Counted from the first letter of the stretch, positions 13,900 through 27,450 are shown. The stretch is DNA of 64,000 bases from the human T2T-CHM13v2.0 reference genome, Homo sapiens (GCF_009914755.1 NC_060936.1); one strand, 5' to 3'. Notes: generated from the sequence alone by a model not told the origin. Translations and numbers: made by a program.

Positions 13900-14410
13900 T
13901 CAAACACTTATTGAGTCATGCCTCAAGGCTTATACTCCCTCAATGGTAGCCACAAATCAACTTCAGGCTGCTAAAGCTTGTCAGCACCCTGTCCCCACTA
14001 CACCCAGTTTGCTTACTTTCTGCATTCAGACTTCTCTGACATGGGATGCCTATGAAAACCTGATTGGTACCAATGCATGCATAAATCTGGAAGACTGCCA
14101 TCCTGTGAGGCAACCCTTGGTCAATGCAGAGCTGAAGACAGTGGATAAATACCTTCTCTTCTTCCTTTCATACTGACAATTCAGAGGCACAGCCTATATG
14201 GCTCTTCCAAGAGTTACAGTGGGACCAAACCCCAGTTGCCCACAGCTATGACTGGATAGATAATGCATTCTTATTTTAGCAGCCCCTCCTCCCCAATTTC
14301 ACCCTCCCTAGTCTCCAACTTGTGGCCCTGAGATCACATCCCCAAGCAAACTACCTGGATAAAAGATGTGTTTCAGACCCTGCTGTCTGCCAGTAAGCCA
14401 GGCTAAGATA
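13900..14410 (+). mobile_element. LTR16-family ERVL LTR
   Basis: GGATAAATACCTTCTC, GTGGGACCAAACCCAGTTGCCCACAG, ends GGCTAAGATA. Confidence 0.65.
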
Positions 14411-15420
14411 GTATCAGTAAGGCCAACCAATCAGCTAAGCAAAACTGCTGAGTGCCTGAGCTCACCTACAAGGGTGACATGACTTTGCAACAGCTGTGTA
14501 CTGTGTCTCTCTAAGCGTTCTGTGTTCCTCCCTGTACTTCTGTTTCTCTGCAATGGCAGAGAAACTGATATATCGCTTGGTCTGGTGGGCCAGGACTGAT
14601 GTTCCACCTCTACTGGGGTCAGATCACAAAACAGATTCTCCTTGGGCCAAATCACGGAAGTCATGACCCTCCCTGTGAAATACTCTTAAACCTCCACCTC
14701 CACTCTAGAGTAATTAGCTGTGGAGACTTTCTGTTTAACCACTTACCCATTAAGTCATATTGCTTAAACAAGTTCCCCCAAAATTCAAGGTCCTCAAATC
14801 TGTTTCCTATAACACCCTTTTTCACCACCCCCGTAAAACAAGAATACATCCTCCTTTAAATGTTACTTAGTGTGGCTTTTATTTTAGCTGAACAATGTCA
14901 CCGAAGATGTAGAAATAGAAAATTATGGTATCACGTGGCATATTCTTGGCAAAATTCTCCTTGACCTCTTTTCACTTTCCTACTAGAGGATTTTCCAAGA
15001 CCTGGTCTCCCCACCATGTGCTCTGAGCCAGAGATTGTTGTCTTGGTGGTGTTCATATTTCCCTGTTACTATAGGTGCTGTGTTTTCCCCTTGTGTATCC
15101 ATTTCGGGTGGGTGGGGAGCATCAATCTGCAAACAAGTAGAGCCATCCATATTCTGCATATTTCGATCTGGCCTTGAAGAGATGACTACAGATGGGGCTT
15201 CTTTCACTCTAACCTCTATTATAGCCCAAATGCCTTCTGTTCTCTAGTGAGGCCAGCTTTGCTTTCTCTTTTTAATCAGCCATGTGTTTTTGCTAGGTTT
15301 TGTTTTGTTTTCACCACAGGCAGTTTCCCCCATCCTTCCAAAAGCCTGAAGGATTTTTCCCCTGACAGTTTTGTTTATCTTACTTCATCTCCCAATACAA
15401 TCTCCCTTGTTGAATTTCCC

Positions 15421-15447
15421 TTTTTTTTTTTTTTTTTTTTTTTTTTT
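15421..15447. repeat. Poly(T) tract
   Basis: About 27 T. Confidence 0.95.
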
Positions 15448-15839
15448 AGCACACAGAAGCACAGAAACTTTGGAGTTAGACTGGCTTGGAGTCTAATCCA
15501 AGTTCTATCATCTACTATCTGTGCGACTTTGAGTAGCTATGTCTGCTTCTGATCCAAAAATCATGTATTTCACATAACCACAGAATTTTTGCAAACAATA
15601 AAGAATATACAAGACAAGCACTTGGCAAATGACTATTTCTTCATCTCTCTTTGCTAGTAGCTATAGTTTTACTGAACACATAGGTGTGTCTTACTCTGTT
15701 GTTCATTACAGGCATATGAAATTTTCCCAGCCAACACTGGTTCTTTTCTCCAAGGTTCCATGCTCACTCTGTTCAAGACTATTCCTTAGTCAGTTTTCAG
15801 TGAATGCCCTTGGCCTTTTAAAAAATGTCTTGCATGTTA

Positions 15840-16020
15840 TTGCACGAGTTATCTATTGCTGAGTAACAACAAACATTTATTATCTCATACAATTTCTGGG
15901 AGCCAGGCAGGAAGGAGCATCTTAGCTCAGCTCAGGGTCTCTCACAAGGTTGCAGTCAAGCAGTTGGCTAGAGCTGCAGTCTTCTCAAGGCTCTATGGGG
16001 GCTGAAGAACACAAAACATA
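15840..16020 (-). mobile_element. MLT1 LTR fragment
   Basis: AGTTATCTATTGCTGAGTAACA, CATTTATTATCTCATACAATTTCTG. Confidence 0.65.
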
Positions 16021-16547
16021 GGATCTGCCATAGACCCTATCTCAGCAATCAAGCAAACTGTCTGATTCCAGATTGTAGATCTCATGATGCTTATTGATTT
16101 ATTTACTGGAGGCTTAGCCTGGCACTTTCCGCCTAGGCAAGATATCCCTAAGTTAGGATCAAAGCCATCTTCTAAATTGGGAACTTAACGGTTTGAAGGT
16201 CACAAAACACAATAGGATTTTTACCCTGTGAAAATTTGCCCTGTCTCCACATGGAAATGACCAGGCAAATGCAGTCAAGCCAGTATTTTTCTTATGGAGC
16301 CACTTTGTATGCATTCCAGGGGCTGAAATATGCCTAGTGGATCCAGAGTGCCGCACTATCTAATTGAGCAAAGATTGTCTGGGATTGCAACATTATTTTG
16401 AGTAGATTTTGACCGTTCCCATATCAACTATGGGCAAACGGCATTAACTATGATACTGGCTGCTTTCTGTTTGTTCCTCCAAACCCATGCTTCAGTGTTT
16501 GGCGCTCTAGAAAATGAGCTGCATGGAAGTAATCAGCAGGCTCCCTT

Positions 16548-17964
16548 TGTGTCCGGAATTGGTGGGTTCTTGGTCTCACTGACTTCAAGAATGAAGCCGC
16601 GGACCCTCGCGGTGAGTGTTACAGTTCTTAAAGGCGGCATGTCCGGAGTTTGTTCCTTCTGATGTTCCGATGTGTTCGGAGTCTCTTCCTTCTGGTGGGG
16701 TTCGTGGTCTCGCTGGCTCAGGAGTGAAGCCAGGGACCTTCGCGGTGAGTGTTACAGCTCTTAAGGCGGCGAGTCTGGAGTTGTTCCTCCCGATGTGTTT
16801 CGTGGTCTCTCTGGCTTCAGGAGTGAAGCTTCAGACCTTCGCGGTGAGTGTTACAGCTCATAAAGGTAGTGTGGACCCAAAGAGTGAGCAGTAGCAAGAT
16901 TTATTGCAAAGAGCGAAAGAACAAAGCTTCTACAGTGTGGAAGGGGACCCGAGCAGGTTGCCACTGCGGGCTTGGGCAGCCTGCTTTTATTCTCTTATCT
17001 GGCCCTACCCACATCCTGCTGATTGATCCATTTTACAGAGAGCCCAGTGGTCTGTTTTGACAGGGTGCTGATTGGTGCATTTATAATCCCTGAGCTAGAT
17101 ACAAAGGTTCTCCACATCCCCACCAGATTAGTAGATATAGAGTGTGGACACAAAGGTTCTCCAAGTCCCCACCAGAGTAGCTACAGAGTGTCCATTGGTG
17201 CATTCACAAACCCTGAGCTAGACACAGGGTGCTGACTGGTGTGTATACAAACCTGGAGCTAGATACAGAGTGCCGATTGGAGTATCTACAATCCCTTAGC
17301 TAGACATAAAGGTTCTCCAAGTCCCCAACCAGACTCAGGAGCCCAGCTGGCTTCACCCAGTGGATCCCACACCGGGGTTGCAGGTGGAGCTGCCTGCCAG
17401 TCCTCTGCCCTGCTCCCGCACTCCTCAGCCCTTTGGTGGTCGACGGGACTGGGCGCCGTGGAGCAGGGGGCCGCACTCGTTGGGGAGGCTCGGGCCGCAC
17501 AGGAGCCCACGGACGGTGGGGAGGCCCAGGCATGGATGGCTGCAGGTCCCGAGCCCTGCCCCGCAGGGAGGCAGCTAAGGCCTGGCGAGAAATCGAGCGC
17601 AGCGCCGGTGGGCCAGCACTGCTAGACGACCCAGTACACCCTCTGCAGCCGCTGGCCCCGGTGCTAAGCCCCTCATTGCCCCGGCCGCTCCGAGTGCGGG
17701 ACCCGCCAAGCCCATGCCCACCTGGAACTCCAGCTGGCCCGCAAGCACCACCCGCAGCCCCGGTTCCCGCTCGCGCCTCTCCCTCCACACCTCCCTGCCA
17801 GCTAAGAGAGCCAGCTCTAGCCTCGGCCAGCCCAGGAAGGGGCTCCCACAGTGCAGCGGTGGGCTGAAGGGCTCCTCAAGCGCACCCAGAGTGGGCGCCA
17901 AGGCCGAGGAGGAGCCGAGAGCCAGCAAGGGCTGTGAGGGCTGCCAGCACACTGTCACCTCTCA
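16548..17964 (-). mobile_element. Solo LTR12C (ERV9/HERV9 LTR)
   Basis: Termini TGTGTCCGGAATTGGTGGG ... GTCACCTCTCA; 4-bp TSD CCTT at 16544-47 and 17965-68; U3 tandem repeats; CpG-rich U3. Confidence 0.96.
16960..17290 (-). promoter_or_regulatory. LTR12C core promoter/enhancer, firing leftward
   Basis: TATA-like AATAAAA (16985-91), GATA (16994-17000), CCAAT boxes at 17071, 17194 and 17276 on the minus strand. Confidence 0.65.
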
Positions 17965-18136
17965 CCTTGACCTCATCTTCTATTAGGGTATAGCCAATTG
18001 GAAGCTCTAGAAGGGGATTTGAATAGCAGGAAGAGAGTAAGTTGGGGTAGTTGTCTCCTAGCCCCTTTATAGCCAGGTGGCAACATTAACTGTGTCTCTC
18101 TACTAAAAGTCACAGCCCCTGTTAAAAGGGCCTAAT

Positions 18137-18461
<325 letters not shown>

Positions 18462-19029
18462 CTATAACAACACTCCCCTTGCCCTTTCAGACTTCGAAGT
18501 AGTAACTACTCCCCAACATTATCTAACTTCAGGGTGTTTCATCATCACTTTTTCTTCCTAAGCCCTGCCAACAACTTTGTAAATAGTTCTCTATTAAACT
18601 CTTCTCCATTACCTAGTTTGAATGTGTCACTGTTCCCTGCCAGGACCCTAACTGTAAAGTGGCTGGTTTTAAACATCATAGCCTCCCAGGATACCTACAG
18701 TTACACTCTGTGAGATAGAGTCACAAGTAATTAAAACAATTGGCTATTGAATTACTCAGTTGTGATTTGATTGAAGCTTAGTGACTGGCAGCAATTTTCA
18801 TTTCTAGCAAGTCTGTATGAACAATCATTTATTGCCAAAAGTACAAGGGCTGAATATTAACTAATTGAGGATCATCAATACTAAACCTGGCAAAATACCT
18901 CATGATTTAAAATAACGGGTAACTTGTATTGAGTGTCGAGTGACAAGCGTTGTGTCAAATGATACACATTTTTAAGATTATTTTAATCATCACAATCATT
19001 CTGTGTGGTATAATAATTTTGCTATTCAA

Positions 19030-19712
19030 TGGCGATCATTAAAAAGTCAGGAGACAAGTGCTAGAGAGGATGTGGAGAAATAGGAACACTTTTACACTGT
19101 TGGTGGGACTGTAAACTAGTTCAACCATTGTGGAAAGACAGTGCGGCAATTCCTCAAATATCTATAACTAGAAATACCATTTGACCCAGCCATCCCATTA
19201 CTGGGTATACACCCAAAGGATTATAAATCATGCTGCCATAAAGACACATGCACACGTATGTTTATTGTGGCGCTATTCACAATAGCAAAGACTTGGAACC
19301 AACCCAAATGTCCATCAGTGATAGACTGGATTGAGAAAATGTGGCACATATACACCATGGAATACTTTGCAGCCATAAAGGATGAGTCTATGTCCTTTGT
19401 AGGGACATGGATGAAGCTGGAAACCATCATTCTGAGAAAACTATCACAAGGACAGAAAACCAAACACCGCATGTTCTCACTTATAGGTGGGAATTGAACA
19501 ACCAGAACACTTGGACACAGGGTGGGGAACATCACACACTGGGGCCTGTCATGGGGTGGGGGGAGGGTGAGGGATAGCATTAGGAGTTATACCTAATGTA
19601 AATGACAAGTTAACGGGTGCAGCACACCAACATGGCACATGTATACATATGTAACAAGCCTGCATGTTGTGCACATGTACCCTAGAACTTAAAGTATAAA
19701 TAATAATAATAA
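19030..19712 (+). mobile_element. L1PA4/5-like 5'-truncated L1
   Basis: ORF2 end, 3'UTR, (TAA)n tail; TSD AATAATTTTGC(T/C)ATTCAA. Confidence 0.95.
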
Positions 19713-19745
19713 TAATAATTTTGCCATTCAAAAGATGCGGAAACC

Positions 19746-20089
<344 letters not shown>

Positions 20090-20959
20090 TCAATGCCATA
20101 TAATAAACCAGAGATGAAACTGGTATTCAATCCCAGGCAAAATTCAGAATCTGCATGTCACTCAATTTTCCTTGATGAGAAAATAATTATGAATAATTGA
20201 CAATGGTATGGCTTTGTTTATGTAAAAATATTTGCTAATTTCTGTATGGTATAAGTAGGCTATTTAGAATTAGAAATTATGCTACCACTTGTAACACTTC
20301 TATTTATTCCGAGCTTGATAGTTGATTTTGCAAAATAAGGAGAACTGGGTTTTTAAGTGTGGCCCACAAATATAAACAATTCTGAATTCACCAAATACAC
20401 ATACACACACACAGACACACATGAGTCTAACTCTAGCACTTAGCAATTCCTCAACTGGGAAGTAGTTAATACCAGGCCTTCTTATAAATCTCTTTATAAA
20501 TAATGGTTGTGTTTACACAACCTGGAAATACTGAATTTTTCCCTGAATGAGTCATTGTTTTAGAATAGTGTAAACAGAGCCTGTGTTAAGGAAGAGGATG
20601 TCTTTGTCTAGTGAAGCTCTGAGCATTTAAACAGCTGCTTCGTTTCCCTACATAGGTGTTTGCATTTCATTGATGGAGTAATTTCCAAATAGCTTTCAAT
20701 CAATATATAGTAGACAAGTGGTTGAGAATGATCTCTTAAGGGGGAATAAAAAAACAGAAAAAATGCAATTCAACCATTGCATCTTATTTATTTAATTTTT
20801 AGCATCTGTTATTAAGTAATCACCACAAAAACCATAGCAGGAATGTGAAATTTTGTGTAATGGTCCATATTTACAGCTGTTCATTTTCATAGAATTGGTA
20901 GTATTTGTTTGTGTATTCTTGTTTATTTTCTGTTTCTTGGTTTTTGTGTTTTTCTTAGA

Positions 20960-21500
20960 GAAGGCACTGTATGTGTCTGCACCATGATTTATACCCAAAT
21001 TTATACCCAAATTTATACCCATGTAACGCTGTACTCCAGCTTTTCTAGGAAGTATCAAATTTTAAGTATACAAAATATACTTAAATATACTATGTATAAT
21101 TCAGATATTAGCAAAACGTTAGGAGATTTTAAAATAAAACCTACATGACATTATTATTTTATACAGTCAATATTCACTTAAATTTACACACATATTAACT
21201 ATATTATTTGTTCTTCATTTTTTCTTGTACCCATTTCAGACCGTTTTCATTCTTCCTGAAATATGTCCTTTAAAATTAATTGCTTTAGTGAGGGGTTGCT
21301 GAGGGCAAATTCTCTTATCTTTTTTCCTTTGCTTCCTGAAAAATTTTTTATTTTACACTAACTCATGAAGGATACTGGATGAATACAGAATATTAGTTTG
21401 GCAGTTATTTTTTCAGCACATTTCTAATATTATTCCACTGTCTCTGGCATCCTTTGTTGCTACTGATAAGTTAGCTGTCAGTCTAACTGCCACTGATTTG
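20960..21500 (-). mobile_element. Old L1ME fragment
   Basis: Antisense L1-type GAATACAGAATATTAGTTTGGCAG, TTCCACTGTCTCTGGC. Confidence 0.6.
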
Positions 21501-21504
21501 AAGC

Positions 21505-23095
21505 TATAGTGGACTCTGTTATGTGCTGCTGTTATCCCTTTTAGGGACTGAAATTACCCTCAAATACTGAGAATGCTAGAAATTGGTCTTAATGGAAGAG
21601 AGCCACTTCAACCAAATTCATGTCCCATTCCTGGAGGCAGGAATCTGAATACTTTTCTGATTCATAAACCAGGTGATATGAAAGGCCGCCAGCTTTGAGT
21701 GGGAGCCAGGGCAAGAAATGACTCTCCCAGCAGCAAGTCTAGGCTGTGATGTAGATGGTTTTGCCATTTGGGCCACTTGACTCAGCAGAACCTAAATAGT
21801 TAGAAGTTCAAATCCCAGTAGGAGTATCTCCTTTAGAGTTCTGAAAAAAGGTCATGCCTTCTGTAGCAGAGAATTATACCCTTTTTCAAAAACTGCTTAA
21901 GTGTGATAATTGGTACTGGAAAGGCTAAGTGCCTGACCATGATGCACAAAGTGATCTCAAACCCAAAACTTCTCAATAGGAGCTGGGTTCTACCAGACAC
22001 ACCAAATTGGACAGTTCCAGAAGTTATCCAACATGTGCTGGAAGAGAAATATCTGGGATCAAAGCCAGGGCAGGGCCAGAGGTACAAATGTAAGGCACAA
22101 GAGGTGAACCCATGTCACTCATGGTGATTCCATTCATGATTCTTCCTACCCCAAGCTGATGAAGGGGGAGGAAAGTCAAGCTTGATTCATAGATGGGCTG
22201 TCTCATGACCATGAATGTGGGTCAGTATGTGGGTATAAGCCAAAAATGGACTTTGGCTACACTACATTCCCATTAAGCGATGGACCTTGAAGGTGAGGTC
22301 TGTGAGGTGAAATTATTCCAATGGGCAGATCTTCAGGCAATAATATACCTCGTTTTCTTTATGTGGAAAGAGAAGTATCCTGATATAAAATATACATAGG
22401 CTCAACCAGTAGCTTATCTGGTTAGTTGGAGACTTGGAAGAAGAAATATTAGAAGATCAGGTATCAGAAAATGTGGAATAGAAGCATGTGGATAGAACTT
22501 TGGGCCTGAAAAGAGATCTTTACATTTGCATTATATGTTACCACTACTATAGAGTATCTTCCAAGGAGGAGACACCAAGCAACCAAGTACAGAGAATAAC
22601 TTGGACAGTTGACATCAGTCAGCCTCTGTCACCTGCTATCCTAGAGCTGGTACAATGTGTTTGTAAATGTAGAACAATGACGACAGAGAAAAAGGCCCTG
22701 CACTGACCCACAATTATGGATTTCCACTTACCAAGGTTGCTGCTGAATGTCCAGCCTGTCAGCAACATTGATTAATGTTGATCCCCTTATACAGCCTCAT
22801 CCATCGAAGAATCAACAATCCACTTAGTGGTATAAGTTGACTTCATTGAAGCCCTTCTACTCTGGAGGAAACAAAGATTCATTTTGAATTGCCAGTGCAT
22901 ATTCTGGATGTGAACTGAATTTCCTACCTACAAGACTTCAACCAGAACTACTGTTTAGGGCTTATAGTTCCAGCCACTTAATTGGATTCCCATATAACAT
23001 TGCATCAAATCAATGAACCTACTTTATGACTAAGGAAATAGGGTGATGGGCAAATGCTATGAGATCCACTGGACTTATCACATATCACCCACAGG
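21505..23095 (+). mobile_element. Ancient ERVL-class provirus remnant (LTR16-like start plus degraded RNase H/integrase)
   Basis: Translated remnants EETPSNQVQRITWTVDISQPLSP, GFPLTK..AAECPACQQ and VDFIE.LP resemble ERVL pol; many stops and frameshifts. Confidence 0.8.
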
Positions 23096-23939
23096 GTGAA
23101 AGACTGAGAGAGTGACATAAATGCTGAGTGGTCCAGGGGATTTGAGGAAACCTAGGATACGAGTTCAGGGGAGCCACATTTTATTTTCATAGGGTGTGGG
23201 CAACGCTATGGACATTGCTAGAAAATTCTGGTACATTCCTAAAGGCCTGGCTGGTACAGTTAATACAAATATATCAAGGACAAGGTTAACACCAAAAGAC
23301 CAAGCAGAGGTAGTAGGGACCTGATAGGGATGTGTGGACCAAACACACTTCCAATGCCATGATGATTGTACATTCCTGGGATGGGGGGAGGCAGTGGGGA
23401 GGGCCAGGGCCAGGAGAACAGAGAACAGCCCTTGTAGGTAGTTTCACCTTTGAGTTAATGACCAAATTCTGGGTGGAATTAACAATTCCACTGAGTTTCA
23501 AATGTTTAAACCAGAAGAGACCATAATAGCTTTCAGTGACAAGATTAAGAGGTTTTTAACAGCAGCAAAAATGGGGGTGCCAGGGCTAAATAGAGCTCAG
23601 TAATATAAAAGGTAAAGTTATGTTAATATTTCTTCACATCTGAGCTGTGACTATTTCAAAACACTACACAGGCAAACTTTTTACATGTGGGTGCCCTAGC
23701 AAGTAACTTTCAGAATTTCCTGGGACCTGACTCAAAATTAGCCGTCATAGTCTATTCTCATCCCTTGGTGGAGGGAGGAGGAGGGAAAGAAGAATTCAAC
23801 TGAAGAGGAGAAGATAAATTCACCTTACTTTAAAAGCACAAATCAGTTTTCTTTTACTTACCATTAAAATATTATTTAATGATTCACTTATAGGTACGGG
23901 CACCTTCATAAAATACTCAAAAATGCTTCAAAACTGACT

Positions 23940-24595
23940 CTCATACATGATTGACAAGAATGTAAGACTGCTCCATCACTGTAGAAAGCAGTTTAGCAGT
24001 GCCTCAATAAAGTTAAACACAGAATTAGCATATAACCTGGCAAGTCTACTCCTAGACATATGTCAAAAATAATTGAAAATAGGTGTGCAAACAAAACTGT
24101 TTACAATAATATTCATGGTAGCACCATTGATAATAGCGTAAGGGTAGAAACAACCCAAATGTTCATCAACAGATAAACGGATAAACAAGATGTAGTACAT
24201 CCATATAACAGAATATTATTCAGCCATAAAAAGGAATGTAGTTCTGTTAAATGCTACAACACCAGTGAAGCTTGAAAACATGCTAAAAGTAAAAGAAGCA
24301 GACACAAAAGGCCACATAGTGTATGGTTTTATTTATTTGAAATATCCAGAATAGGCAAATTCATAGAGATAGATAGCAGATTTGTGATTTCCAGGGGTTA
24401 ATTGGGGAAGTAGTTGGAAATGATAGCTTAAGAGGGTACAAGGTTTCTTTTTCATGCAATGAAATAGTTCTGGAACTAAATAATAATGATAGCTGCATAA
24501 TATTATGAATGTTCTTAATGCTACTGAATTGTATGCTTTAAAATAATGGAACTTGTAAGTTTCATGTTATGTGTAGTTTTTCTACAATAAAAAAT
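23940..24595 (+). mobile_element. L1MB-type 3' end
   Basis: AGTTAAACACAGAATTAGCATATAACC, CCAGAATAGGCAAATTCATAGAG, ends CAATAAAAA. Confidence 0.88.
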
Positions 24596-25409
24596 TATAC
24601 AAAATTCAATTAATAGGCACTTTCCTTGTTCCCCAAGATCATTTTTTGTCTCTGAGAAAGTTTTCTGTAGTGTTAACTGAAATGGGTCAGTTCTTCCTTG
24701 TGGGAGGCAACCCAAGACTCTGATTGCATTGTGTAAAGTTGGTCAGCTGTTTTACAAGGCAAACACCTGGCACCAAACCCTGAGCTCTTTAAAGAACTGC
24801 TAGCTAAGCCTCTTCCCCAGGGTAAATTCAAGGAGAAGTGCTATGAGTCTGAGCTTGCCAGATTCGTGTGGGCCACACCCAGAAGTTAATAAGTTGTTCC
24901 AAACTCTACATGCCCCATCTTAATCACTAGTTCTGCTCCCAGTTTGTAGGTTCCCATAATCATGTGGCTGCTCGAATGAGAACAGCAAAAACCACTTACA
25001 ATTTGGAGATGAGACAGAGTCCAGAAAGGGAAGAAAAGTCATGAAAATATAAATTTAGCTTGAGGTGTACCATGAACAGAAGGCAGAGACCTAGAATTAG
25101 GCCTTGTTCTAAATTTCAAAATTGTCAATATAGTGGTGTCTCTGAAACAGTCATTCGGGTGAGGAAAACTCTCAAGTAGGGGCTAGACTCCATTTCCATC
25201 AGTACAGGGAACTGATCAAAGAATTCAACATTTTAGGAATTTAAAACAGCAGATTCTTTGGTCTAGCTGATGACAACTGGTCAGAGCAGCTTGCCATAAC
25301 TTAAAGCTGAGAAAACCAACCTGTGAGTAGCAAAGAGTAAAAACTACAGTTACCTCTACCCAAAAATAACAGTTAAAAGTACTAGCTTTTAAGTTAGAAG
25401 CAGGTCAGC

Positions 25410-25760
25410 AGTCAGCAGTAGAAAAGTACAAGTACTGAGAGGTAGGCAGGAGCCAGATAATATAAAACCTTCAAGTCTGAATTTTCTTCTAAGTACAATT
25501 AAGAGATACTGCAGTGTTTTAAGCAGGAAATTTTATGTCATCAAATTTATGTTAATAAAAGATCACTCTCTCTGGTTGCAGTGTAGACGATGGAAGATTG
25601 TAGGAATCTGAGAACTGAAGCAAGAATAACTGCCAGGACAAAAGCTAGATGATGGTGGCGTGGACCAAGGGTAAAATAATAGATGAAGATCTAGAGAAGT
25701 GGATGGATTCTAAATGTATTTAGGAGCAAAGTCTATGGAACATCCTGGTGGAATAGCTTG
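25410..25760 (-). mobile_element. L2 fragment
   Basis: AAAGATCACTCT, GAGAAGTGGATGGATTC. Confidence 0.7.
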
Positions 25761-25949
25761 TTCTTTAAACTTCCCTCCTTCCTTGAAAGCCATCTTTGAC
25801 AGCACATTTACAAATAAGAAAAAATCTAACACTTTAACATTGATGGCCCTCTAATATTATCTCTCACTGTTTCCTGTTCTATATCCAACTCTCTGTAGAT
25901 ATATACTTGCATATTTGGCTTTCCTTCTCTTTTTTAATCTTAAGACTTT

Positions 25950-26992
25950 ACTTAATATATCTTTTAATTAAGGCATAATGTTTATATACATTACAATGAA
26001 GAGAGCTTAAATGTACAGTACAATGAGTTTTGACAAATGACAAATGTGTACACTCATGAAACCCAAACCATACCAAAGAGAATATTTTCAGTAACTAAAA
26101 AGTTCCCTGTCCTCCTTTCTGATCAACCCCAATGCCAACCACAAATGCTATTCTGATTTCTTTCAATGTATATTAGTTTTGGATTTTTCTGAATTCTGTA
26201 CAAATACATTGATACATAATGCATCCTTTTAGTCTGGCTTCTTTAGCTAAACATAATGTTTGTAGAATCCATCCACATTTTTCACATGTCAGTGGCATGT
26301 TCCTTTTTTATTGCTGTGTAGTATCCCATCAAGTGAACATGTCACAATTTGTTTATTTAGTCTCCTGTTGATGAATACTTGAACTGTGTCCAGTTTGAGG
26401 CTACTATAAATAAAGTTGCTATGAATTTTTATGTACAAGTCTTTTTGTAGATACATGTTTTTATTTCTTTTGGATAAATATTTAGTGACAAAACTTGGGG
26501 GTCCTGCAGTATGTGTATGCTTAACTGTATAAGAGATTATCATAGCTTTCCAAAGTGGTTTTTTCATCCTACACTCCAACTATCAATGTATGAGGGTTCC
26601 TATGTTTGCCATTTTCTTTTCAATTTCGGCCATTCTAATTGGTGTGAAGTGATCCCGCATTGTGGTTTAATGTGACAACAAGTGATGTTGACCACATTTC
26701 ATATACTTTTTGTCCATTTATATATCTTACTTTGTGACTTTCAGGATGTTTTCCTATTTTTATTAGATTTTGTCCTTTTATTATTGATGTGTAATGCCTA
26801 TGTATTCTAGATACAAATTCCTTATCAGATGTATGTTTTGCAGAGATTTTCTCTGTTTGCATTTTACCTTTTTCATTTGTAATGTCTTATGGTGAGCAGA
26901 AATTTTTAATCTGAACAAAGTCAAATTTATCATATTTTTTCTTAATATTAGTGCTTTATGTAGTCTAAAAAGTCTTTGCTTATCCAAGTAGG
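25950..26992 (-). mobile_element. Old L1M 3' segment (ORF2 end and 3'UTR)
   Basis: Minus-strand remnants EKISAKHTSDKEFVSRI and PLWK. Confidence 0.88.
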
Positions 26993-26994
26993 CA

Positions 26995-27450
26995 AACTGT
27001 TGATTCTTTCTTATAGAAATTAACAGGCTAATTCTAAGGTTACATGAAAATGCAAAAGATTTAAAATATCCAAAAATGATCTTAAAAATGAAAAGAAAAT
27101 GTGGAGACAAAAGCTACTTATTTTAAGACGTACTACCAAACAACAGTAATCAAGACAGGATAAGTGCAAGGACAGACTGATAGATCAATGGAAAAAAAGA
27201 GAGTCCAGAAATAAACTCATACATATAAGGTCAACTGATTTTTGACAAGAGAGCCAAGACAATTCAACAGAGAAAGGAAAGTCTAATCAACAAGTTATTT
27301 TAGAATGACTGAATAAATACATGAAAAGAATAAATATTAACGTTTACCTCACACCACTCAGAAAAATTTATTAGAGATGAATCATGCAGCCACAGATGAA
27401 AACTAAAAATATACAACTTTTAATTTAAAAAATTATTTATCTTCACCTAC
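26995..27450 (+). mobile_element. Inverted L1 ORF2 segment, probably the same element
   Basis: Remnants KTYYQTTVIKT, IDQW, ESPEINSYI.GQLIFDKRAK. Confidence 0.85.

Noticed and set aside
15421-15450. Poly(T)-AG as a strong splice acceptor
   Set aside because: No convincing donor downstream; runs into a MIR
16601-16862. Three spaced copies of GACC(C/T)TCGCGGTGAGTGTTACAG resembling a CRISPR array
   Set aside because: Intrinsic R/U5 tandem repeats of LTR12; spacers are related to each other; primate DNA with no cas genes
17286-17986. Overlapping 70-162 aa ORFs on both strands
   Set aside because: Stop-poor GC-rich LTR12C U3 sequence
20987-21021. 12-bp unit ATTTATACCCAA x3 (and a similar short tandem repeat at 53630-53677)
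   Set aside because: Simple slippage repeats inside old L1 sequence
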